A stretch of DNA of 64,000 nucleotides, taken from Klebsormidium nitens (taxonomy: Eukaryota; Plantae; Klebsormidiophyceae). A program made the position numbers and the translations under genes. The stretch covers positions 1 through 64,000 of the forward strand of contig DF237193.1 in assembly GCA_000708835.1 (NCBI GenBank), read 5' to 3'. Shown piece by piece: positions 38,901 through 49,271 of the stretch. Position 1 is the first letter of the stretch; each line of letters begins with the position of its first letter. The notes under the pieces were generated by a model. It was not told the DNA's origin, searched no databases, and saw only the letters and a list, made by a program, of their open reading frames with translations.

Positions 38901-41900
38901 GTGCAAAGCTTTTGCGGCTCTATTCTGCCGCTAGGATCGTTTTTCGGCGGTAGATATTAGAAGTTGGTAATCAGGAATTTTCACGTACGTCGAGCACCTG
39001 ATCCACTTTAAGCCAGCGCCAGAAGGCAAAACCCAGACTTTGAAGCCAACTTTCAAGCCAACTTTCAAGCCAACTTTAGCCCTGCAGCCCATCGTGATCT
39101 GGAGCATATGCAGATTCCTCTTTGCTTGTTTCCAGTGTCCGAGATGCTCGAGGCACGTGACCGACCGGCACGGCATCTGCCCACACTGCCACGAGAACTG
39201 CTTCCAGTGCCGCCAGTGCCGCAACATCAACTACGAGAACCTGGACTCCTTCCTCTGCAATGAGTGCGGCTACAGCAAGTACGGCCGCTTCGAGTTCAGC
39301 GTCAACGCCAAGCCCAGCTTCGCCTTCGATGCGATCGAGTCCGAGGACGATATGCAGGTAAGTTGGCCAAAACCCGTTGCACTGAATTGCAAGTTTGGAG
39401 CATGCGAGAAGCTCTTACGGAGGGTGAGGCCTCTCGCGAGATCGATCCATTTCGCGCAATGAAGCCAGAGAATGCTTATTGCTGATGGAGAAATGATGCG
39501 AGCGGTGCAAAAGGATGCTTTCAGTCCTGGATGGAGAAACGAAACTTGACGGTTTCACGAACCCGTTCTCACTTGACTCTCAGTTCATCTCCGATGCAGA
39601 AGTGCCTGGCCGTCATCGAGAAAGAGTCGGAGAACGCCCACAAGCAGTACCAGCAGCTGCTGGCCACCAAGAAGCCGCTCCTCCGGCTCATCTCCATGGT
39701 CGGGGACGGTTCCGGCGACCAGGACGCGGTGCAGGTCGCGCCCCAGGTCGCCGCTCCGTCCTCGTCTTCGCCCACCCTGAAAGTGAACCAGAACGTGGCG
39801 GTGCTGGGCGTCCTCTACGGGAACAAGTGCAAGGAGGCGTTCGAGCAAGTCAGCCGCAGCGTCCAGGCGCTGCACGGGGCGCGGAAGGCGCTCACGGCGT
39901 ACCTGGAGAGGAGCTCGTCGAGCGCAGGTCGGGCTTGGCTGCAGCGAACCTCCTGATCCGCTGCAAGAGCTCTGTGGCGCACGGTCCTTAGGCTTCACCA
40001 ATTTTTCTTTGGAAGTCGGTCTCTCTTCTTTCTCAATGTTTCTCTGAAGTCGCTCACCTTTCAAAGCTCCTGACGAGCTCAAGATTAACGGAAGAGAGCA
40101 GATCATTATTTGTCACGTTTGTTTGCTTCCGACACATCATCCCCTCAAGGAAGTGAAGCTTTCTCCTGTGCACGTTTCTGATTCCTTCTCTTACCCTACT
40201 TTGATTTCGCAGGCACGACCCAAGCGCCGGTGCTCCCGACGGCGCCCAAACGACCTCCCAGTCGCTGCTACGGGTGTGCCAGCACGTTGGTGACGCATGC
40301 GCTGGAGTGGCTGCATCTGCTGGCCGACTCTTCGGGCGAGAAGCAGAAGATGGTGGATCAAGGCCTTGTGCAGGAGTTGTTTGAGAGCGGCATCCACCAC
40401 GGCTCGCAGCAGGCAAGTGTCTGTTCTGCTGCTGCCGTGATTGTGCTTTTTCTGGGCGCTTCTTGAAATTGATGGGTGAATCCAAAAACAACCAGCGACG
40501 TACTCATGAGGGGCGTCCTTTACTTTTCAGGAATGTTTCAAACTCCTTCAATCACACAGGAGTTAGCACGGGTACAGATGCACATATTGTGAGGTTGCTA
40601 ACCCGAGAACTCGGCTTTGCTAGCTGGCAGATTTTGCTTTGCAGTTAGGAAGACCGACTCAGAAGGCAACCTGCTTTATCTGACTTCCTGTCCTAGCAAT
40701 CACTTCATTGCTCGGTGCTTCTTTTGAGCATTGATGTGAACTCTGCGAAAGGTCTTTGCAGGTGCGGTCGAGCACGCGGCTGCTCATCTGTACGCTGGTG
40801 CGCGACAACCCGGCCGCCTCAGAGTCGCTGACGTCGCTGATCCGGCAGCGCGTCTACTACTGCCTGGACCACCCCCGCACCACCGAGCTGGCAGTGCAGG
40901 CCAAGAACGACTGCCAACTGCTGCGAGACGCTTGCTCGCTCAACGACTCTTGCTGGGAGCCCCGCCTCAAGCTCGCGTTCGAGATCCTCTTCAGGGGAGT
41001 CGAGGTGGGCACGGACAGCCCCCCCATTGCAGAAAACGTCATCCTGTCCTGCCTGCGCATCGTGGCGCAGGCGTGCACTGTCCCAGCGGCGGGGTCCGGA
41101 AACGGAAACGGAAAGGGAGCGGACGCAGCGTCGAAGCCGGGCGGCTCCGTTGTGGGGGGCCTGAGCCAAGCGTTCAGCAGCCTGGGGCAGGCTTCGACGG
41201 CAGGGGGCCCAGACGGGCGGCGGAGCTTCGCGCAGGTGGCCTCGGGGGCCGTCAGGCAGGAGACACGTGGCGCGCAGTCAGCGGCCACGAGCTGGCCGCA
41301 GCCGGCACGACCGCCGCCAACAAGGCCCGCTCCGCTTGTAGTGGCCGCTGAGTCGCAGCCAGGGCCCCGTCTGGAGAGGAGCGAGAAGGGCGGCCTGACG
41401 GTCACCTACAAGGAATGGTCGAACGGGTCCATTAGTTTCGAGACCCTGGCCCAGCAGCAGCGCGGCAAGGCGGCATCAGGCGCTACAAACCCATCGGACG
41501 CTTCTAATGCCCCGGCACGAGTGTCCACTCCTCTTAGGCTCGGAAGTCTAAAGCTCCGGCCCGAGGTCGTGACTAGGAGGGTCGTGAGCAAGTGGCGGGG
41601 TGCGCGGGCGCGCCGGCAGTTGGGCGCGCTCGATCGAGACTCGTGGCTCAAGGGCCTGGTGCTGAGCGCCAGCAGCCCCGCCATTCGGACGGAGGCCTGC
41701 GCCCTCGTTCGGACGCTGTCAGCAAGCGGGAGCCCGGCACGGAGGCTCAAGTCAGTCGCTCGCCCATGCGGACTGTGGCGGGCATCCATTTCGTTCGTGA
41801 TTTCTGCTTCGTTTGTGTCCTTCTTGCCCGGGAGGACAAGTTTGTCACTGCTTGCAAAGTGCGTTCCAAACCCTTTGGTCCAGTCCAATGCGAGTCAGGA

Positions 41901-44900
41901 CGACGCCCTTCAACCGCGTACTGAAGCCTGCATCATTCTTCAGGTTCCTCGACCTGATGACGGAACTGCTGACGTCAGCACGCCACGCACGCGCCGAGGC
42001 GGTCGTCGAGTACTTTGAGCTGTACCGGGACATGCTGGCGGAGGAGGACGGGCGGCTGTACCTCACCGTCAAAGGCTGGCTGCGCAGCGCGTGTGGGCTG
42101 ATCGTGTCGGAAGTGCACCGAATCCGGGCTCAGGAAGGCAACTACCTGATGGCGAACGTGAACGAGGGCTTTGTGCTGCAGCACGTTATTGGGTTCCTGA
42201 GGAGCTTCCTGGAGATCGGGACCATCAGGCACAGGTGAGGTTATGCTTTGGTGGCCTCGCATAAAATTACGGAAGTGAGTCAGAAAAGGAAGGGGTAGTC
42301 ATGTGTCATCGATGTTAGATCAAGATACAACGGAGCGCTCAGGCCAAACGCAGAACTGCTTGTGTAGTCTCCTTAATATGTTGCTGTGTGGTTCAGACCT
42401 TCACGCTTAACACACGGTGCCTTGGTGGTCCTGCCTCTTGCACCTCACATGAACGGCTCTTTTCGAACCCTCATTACTTCCTGAGATTCGACATCTTACC
42501 AAGCTAGCAGCGTCGGTGTACGGCCGAGTCGTGCGAAGAACTGGCCTGCTCACGTGGCGAAAGGAGGCCCTGCTTGCATTCGAGTCAATTTCACTGAGAA
42601 GCTCGGGTCTCCTCATTACGACATTATTGCAACTCATATCAACCTTGCAACGTTTGCCCACGCAGGTTTGTGCGTGACGGCCTGCTGACGTCATTGCTGG
42701 AGGCCCTGCTGTCGCTCAAGTCGCTGGTGATCCAGAAGACGAAGCTGACCGCCAGCTGCGCGCAAGAACTCAGCGGCCTGCTGGAGATGCTGCTCGAGAC
42801 GGGCGAGGACACGCAGCGCTCGTTTGTGCGCGCATGCATGGGCGCGCTCGAGGCGCACGCCGGCGCCAATGACGAGCACCGGGGCGGGCAGCGCGCCGCG
42901 ACGTTCATCATGAACCAGCTGTGCGACGTGGTACGTGGCCGGCAGGTTTAATAGTCCGGACCCGCCCCTGCATTCGATCTAGAAGCTTGCTTGCTTGCAA
43001 GAAACTTAGAAGGGTCTGAGGTGCAACGCAGTGGACGAGCTAAGGAGAAGAGGAATTCAAAGAACAAAATTGGCAACACTCCATGTAATCGAGGAGAAGC
43101 GTCCTCGGCAAAAGGGGTGCAGATTAGAGGCTGTTTGAAGGATCGTGGCCCTTTTTTTGCGCGAGCCATGCCTTTCATGTCGTCTGATTAACATATGAGA
43201 GATAAGGAGTGCATGTTCTTCAGACGCAACAACACCACTATTATAATCCGCAATTGCTCTTTTTGAGTTACCGGCATATTCTTCCCTCTATGAGCTGCTG
43301 ACACAAAAGGCCCTGTTTTTCCGCAGATCCAGCCCGTCCGGCCCGAGCCCGTCTACCTGCTGACGCTGAACAAGGCCCACACCCAGGAGGAGTTCATCCG
43401 CGGCGCCATGGCCCAGAACCCGTACAGCAGCGCTGACGTCGGCCCGCTGATGCGTGACGTGAAGAACAAGATCTGCACCCAGCTCGAGATGCTGGGCCTG
43501 ATTGAGGACGATTACGGGATGGAGCTCCTGGTGGCCGGGAGTATCGTCAGCCTTGACCTCAGCATCAAGCAGGTCGGTCCTGTCTCTGGTTTCCACGCGA
43601 AGGCACTGACAGCTTCCGGCACTTCAGGGGTTCTGGTTCAGGGGTTTTACAATTCCTGCTTCTCCATGAGAAGCTTCTCCCATGACGCAAGGCTGACACT
43701 TTATGATTCTGTCCGATCTGAACCTCAACGCTGGCAAAGATTGTTGCACCCTCTTCTTTAAATGATCCTCCAAGGAACCGCTTGAACAGCCGATGTCTAA
43801 ATCCTGTGGCGTTCTGATCCTTAGTAAGAGATGCTTACTTTGTTCAACTACAATCTCAACTACATACTCGAGCTTTTTAAATGAAGTGAAGAGCTTCAGT
43901 CCTGGTGTTCTTAAGGCCTCGACTTCAAACCGCATGATGTTGGACAAGACTCCTCAGAGGCAATAGACAAGCCCGTCCTCGACTCCTTCCAGGTGTACGA
44001 AAAAGTGTGGCTGCGCACGCAGCAGGCCATGGGGGTCCAGTCTCTGGCGGACTGCCCCCCCATGTCGGTGACATACCGTCTCCAGGGCTTGGACGGCGAG
44101 GCGACCGAGCCCATGATCAGCGAAGTGGACGACGACAGGGGGGAACAACTGGATCCTGAGGTGGAGTTTGCGCTCACGGGAGAAATGGAGACGTGTGGGG
44201 GGCTGGAACTGCTGCTGAAGATACTGCGGGAGAGCCCCCAGGGGCGGGGCGAGCTGGGGGCGCTGCTGAAGCTGCTGGGTTTCTGCTGCAAGGTGGGCTC
44301 GTGAGGTTTCAAATCTTGGTGCGGGTTTCCAAATGGTTGATACTGAAGACGAGTGGCGATCTCTTGCATAGCATTGCGGTGTTCGTGTACTTGATTGTCA
44401 CGGTCACTCTTGAAGGAAGGTTAAGGGTTAGGCTACTTAGGCAGCACAAGTGTTCCGTCGTGTTCCCCTGTGCTGCTAAGTGGGACTTAGCTTCTGTTTG
44501 TTGTGCACTCGGATAAGGCTCAGTATCTGAGCAGAAGCCTATAACATGCGGAGGGTCTCTTTTAGTAATCTCCACGATACGCACGGAGAAAGGAGCCCCT
44601 GGTGCTACCAGGCTTTTGCAGGTCAAAGCAGAGCCTCAAGCACGCTGGCAACTAACAACCGATGCAGCCACAATGGCCCTTCATTCCAGATGTTATAAAG
44701 CGTTCTTGTTCGCATATGAAGCAAACCTTTTGGTGTTTGAAAGCGACCCACCAGATTAAAACCCTCTAAGAAAGCGGGTTGTTGGACTTTCAAATGCCTT
44801 CTGGATTGAGCAGCCTCGTCTCATCGGTTTGCAGGTTCGGACAAACCGCCGGACGCTGCTCCGTTTGGACGCCCTCCACGTGCTCCTCGAGCGCGCGCGC

Positions 44901-47900
44901 GCTGCCGTCTCAGTCTCCTCCCCCGAGCAAGACGGCACGGCCGAGGCCCTGCTCGAAATCATCGAGAGCCTCGTCACCGAAGCAAACGAAATGGCGGCTG
45001 GGGGGCTCGACAATGTAACGCTCACTGCGCCGACCAGTGCGGGCGTTACGACGCCCCGTGGCCGGAGCTGGGCTGGCGAAGCCCGGGAGGAGGAGGCGGT
45101 GGCGGCTGTAAAAATGTTTCTGGACAAGCTGTCGTACAGGCCGTCCCCGGTTCAGGGGGGTCGGAACGCGCCTGACAGCAGGGGGGGGAAGCAGAAGGAC
45201 GTGAAGAGTCAGGCGGATGCGGTGGCACGGATCTTGCCCTACTTGACATATGGAGAACCGGCAGCGATGGAGTGTCTTATCGGGCACTTTGCGCCGTTCA
45301 TGGACTTCCAGGAGTTTGACCGGCTGTGTGCGGCGGACGGGAAGCAAGAGGAGGCCGCGTCGAGGGCAGCGGATCACCGGCAGCGCCTTGAAAGCTTCGT
45401 GAAGGTATGTTGAAACTCGTGCTTTTCAAGCTCTGTCTGTTTACATTTCTCACGAACAACGGTTGCTAATGATGTCGATACAGGATGTCCCCTTGTAGGT
45501 TTTGTCTCTGCCTTTGTAGCTTTTCACTGGTAGGAAAGGAGGCTTCGGTGCACGTTTGGAAGCACAGCCGGCCTAGATCGCCTTTCGACGACTCACCACT
45601 CAACCCGTTTGATTGCTTTTTTCCTCTCACGCTTCCAGATTTGTGCCTTTTCTGACCGCCGCCTTTCTTTCCACAGGTTTGCGAGAGCATCCGCTTGGAC
45701 GCGAACGGCGACCTCCTCAAGTCGCTCTTCCTTGAACGCGGCCTCGTTGCCCGCGGCCTGCACTACCTCAAGGACGTATTCCCACCCGTCACCTCCGCTG
45801 GCGCCGTGGCGCTGGAAATACGCTCCGTTCCGGCATTCACCGAGGCCCTGCTGCTGCCGAGCGTGCCCATCGTCCTGGGCATGCTGACCGGACTCGCGAA
45901 TGGGCACCCATCGATACAGGGCCTCATGGATCGCGACGGAGTGCTCCCGTTGCTGCACGCGCTGGAAGGAGTCTCGAGCGAGCAGAAAGAGATCCGGGCG
46001 AAGGCCGAGGGAGTGTTGGACATCGTCTCGGACGAGGCCTCAGGGGGAGCGCTCACCGCAACTGTGAACGCGCTCCGAAAGGCAACGAAAGACGAGCTGC
46101 GCGTGCGGGCGATGAAGAGGCGCGAGGCGATGCTGAAAGGGCTCGGGATGGCGAGCGCGGTGACGTCAGACGGGGCGGACCGGATCGTGGTTAGCGCGAA
46201 ACCGAGCATTGAGGGGTTGGACGAGATGGAGGAAGAGGGCGACGACAGCCTGGCGTGCATGGTTTGCCGGGAGGGTTACAAGCTCAAACCCGCCGAGTGC
46301 CTGGGGACGTATGCCTTCAGCAAGCGCGTGAACGGCGGCGGGATGCTGGGCGCGCGCTCCGAGTTTATTTACACCACGGTCAGCCACTTCAACGTGATTC
46401 ATTTCACGTGCCACGTGGAGGCCAAGCGCGCGGACTCGAAGCTGAAGACGCCCAAGAAGGAGTGGGAGGGCGCCGCGCTGCGCAACAGCGAAACGCTGGC
46501 CAACTCGATCTTCCCGCTCCGCGGCCCTGACGTCACCCCGCAGAACTACTCCCGCTACTGCGACCAGTACTGGGAAAATCTCGCGGCGTTGGGCCGGGCC
46601 GACGGGAGCCGGTTCAAGCTCCTGGCGCACGATCTGGCGGCGCTGCTCGGGCGCTTCGCTTCGGGGGGGTCGTTTTCCGTGGACAGTCATGGGGGGTCCA
46701 AGGAGAGCAACGCGCAGCTGCTGCCGTTTATGGTCCAAATGGGCGCGTATCTGCTGGAGCAAGTGGGATCCAGCCAGCGGCGAGCGCTCCGGAAGTCGCT
46801 GCAGGCATACTTGGGCGTGGCGGAGACGAGCCGCACGCCGGGCCCAGCGACGCCACGCAGGAGCTCTTTCGCGGGTAAGACGCTGGTTAGCTTGAGTCCT
46901 TGTGAGTAGCCTTTTCAGTCAGGCGTAGGAAAGACAAGTTTTTCAACGCTGTAGGCGAACTTGACAGATAGCTGCGTTCTGGGCATGCCCGGGTTTGTCG
47001 GCACGCCTGAGTTGGCTGGGTATTTTACCGCCCCAAACTGTTTCCCACTTCTGAGTTGTCGGTTGCTGATTTGGTTCACGTTGAAAACCGTAACAATTGC
47101 GGATTTCGGTGTTATCCAGACCTCGGTGCTTCGCCGTCTTCTTTGTAATCAAAACTTGACTCCTGCGATTCTCTCTCTACAGACGCTGTGCCCACCGGTC
47201 CTTCGAGCAGCACCCCCGAGCTCGCCTCCACTCCTGGTGGAAGCAGCCTCCCGCCCCGCAGCCCCGCGCCACCTGTCGCCCGCTCATTGGACGAGAGCGT
47301 GCACCTGATGCTGATCCTGTCGCTGCTTCTGCATTCCCTGAAAGAGTGGCAGAAGCACCGGCGAGAGTTCCTGCAGCGGGCGATCCATTTCGCCTACAAC
47401 CAGACCCGGGAGAGCCGGCCCCTTATGCCGGTGCCCCCATCTCCGTCGCCCGGGGGATCCCTCACCGACCTCTCCTCCCTCTTCACCGCCGGGCCCCTCG
47501 TCGTCCAGACGCCAGACGGCGGGTTTGATCCCCGGGCGGCTTTCAAGGCGGTCAAACCGATCGCGATCATGGTCGCCCTAATTGACAAGCTGCAGAAGTT
47601 CTTCAAGAAAGGGGGGGCGGGAACTAGAGCGGGTGAGCAAGAGCCGCGGACGTGGGCGGCATTCCCCGAGCCGGTTCCAAGTCCGGGACAAACGCCCGAC
47701 GACGAAGAGCTGAGCTTCTCCTTCTCCCGGGGGTCCTCCACGCCTAGGACCCCGGGCGAGGCTTCCCCCCTCCGGCGGGGGGTAACCGAGGGCCGCGACT
47801 CCGGCGCTCAGAGGAGCCCCTCTCGGCGGCCCAGCAGCGAAGACTCGGGCGATCATTCGTGGGAGCTTGTCATGAAAGAGAGGCTCAATGATATCCCGGC

Positions 47901-48090
47901 AATGCTGGCTTTCGCTAAGGAGTTCCAGGAACTCGTCGAGGACCTGCACGCGGCAGAGGACCTCATGGAGCTGCTGGACACCGTCGACTGCCTCGGCGAC
48001 ATCTATGGCCCCGCAGGGGGCGGCTCGTGGGAGGAGTTCCTCGAGCAGACCGTGACGGGCGTCACGCCACGTGCCTCATTTGTATCATGA
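23963..48090 (+). CDS. BIG: BIG / UBR4 (calossin-like) giant E3 ligase, ~5,540 aa; exons 23963-24146, 24348-24454, 24744-24891, 25109-26269, 26707-28946, 29274-29982, 30277-30794, 31143-31306, 31799-33768, 34049-34375, 34731-35857, 36192-38648, 39136-39357, 39600-39927, 40213-40412, 40762-41750, 41944-42234, 42666-42930, 43327-43572, 43993-44292, 44835-45404, 45677-46874, 47183-48090
   Basis: Exons total 16,629 nt (divisible by 3) and every junction is in phase. Domains: UBR box (CTF...[11 protein letters not shown]...[13 protein letters not shown]...FFCDCGAG), beta-propeller region, WYDIPFT motif, ZZ finger (CDGC...[15 protein letters not shown]), Cys-rich CPRC...[22 protein letters not shown], and C-terminal hemiRING (CMVCREGY...HFTCH). 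The start codon is ACCATGG with an in-frame upstream stop. Confidence 0.95.
39043..39077. repeat. 12-bp tandem repeat (AAGCCAACTTTC) x3 in a BIG intron
   Basis: Directly visible; the third copy is truncated. Confidence 0.85.
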
Positions 48091-48773
48091 GAGCGCGGAC
48101 ATCTGGAAATCCTTCAGACCGGCTTTAGCATTTGCTAGCTCCTACTGTACAAAATAGACTTGTCTTATTGCAGCGATACTAAAGACGTGCAAGTTCACCG
48201 AGCGACTGTTTTTAACGCTTCCATCTATGATGATCAAAGTGACGCTTCTCGAACTAGGACGTCTCATCGATTATGGTCTGATCGACCTTACATTCAGATC
48301 GACTCAGTGCATAACCTTCCAATCGAGCTTGCATGTACGTGGTAGCAAGGTCACCATCCTGCGGCCGGGGTGTCCAATTACTCGAATATAGCCGTCTAAA
48401 GTTGTACCAAAAACTTTCAATTGAGCGCACCGGCCGCAACGGCGGCGGTGTCAATATATCACGAATCACGCGCTATTCACGAGCGCTGCCATGCCAGACG
48501 ACATTATAGGAAAGCGGCGCTGTCGCGTTGGAAACAAACACCGACAGAGTCGAAATTTGTCCTTTACTGCTGGCGCGTGTATCGGTGATTGCAGCGCCCA
48601 TGATCGTGCATGTCGGCCTATATAGTTCGGCGCAGCTCGCTGCGCGGTTGCGCTGGGTATATAGGATGGCATATGGAGCAGGGCGGCCGCACAAGCATAT
48701 ATCTTGTAATTCAACAAGTATGGGCTTATCACATGGTAGACCGTATACAAAGCATGCAACTTATTCTCCGATC

Positions 48774-48825
48774 GAGCCTGATGAGCAAAAAGGCCGAAAC
48801 AATCTGCAGATCTTAGAGAGTGCTC
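48774..48825 (+). ncRNA. Degenerate hammerhead-ribozyme-like core (type I topology), probably inactive
   Basis: GAGC-CTGATGA-GCAAAAAGGCC-GAAAC-...-GT-GCTC. Both core boxes and a 4-bp stem I are present, but stem II is weak and the cleavage-site H nucleotide is missing. Confidence 0.3.
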
Positions 48826-49271
48826 CTGTGTGCGGCAGAGTTGCCGCCTAAGTTCTGTTGCATGAAGGATCTGCAGCAGGCGCCTGATCAGTATGCATGG
48901 TCGACTTTGTAAGAGAAGGATCAAACTTGTCAAACTCAACAAACTTAGCCTTCAAGGTTCGTATATACTTCCTCAGCCTTGTCGCGCTTTTAAGCTTGTT
49001 CACGATCAGCTCAGATCTTATAGAGGTACAGACCTGCTCCTGCATGGAGTGCAAGTTGCAAAACTTCAAATAAGGTTTGTCTATACTATGCTACACCGAA
49101 ACTTAGAGCAATGTATAAGGGGAATACCTATACTCTTTTCGTACACACCCGGCCCCTCTCTCTTATTGGCCGCTTTGCATGGTAAGCTCACACCCGACTG
49201 TTAGTATACATGTCCCTCAGCATGCCAGGGCCCTTTGACTTGTCTCTGCCGTAACCCACTTTAGCACTGCG

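Noticed and set aside
26796-47949. Many 100-330 aa antisense or alternative-frame ORFs overlapping BIG exons
   Set aside because: These are expected shadows of GC-rich coding sequence, and none shows independent motifs.
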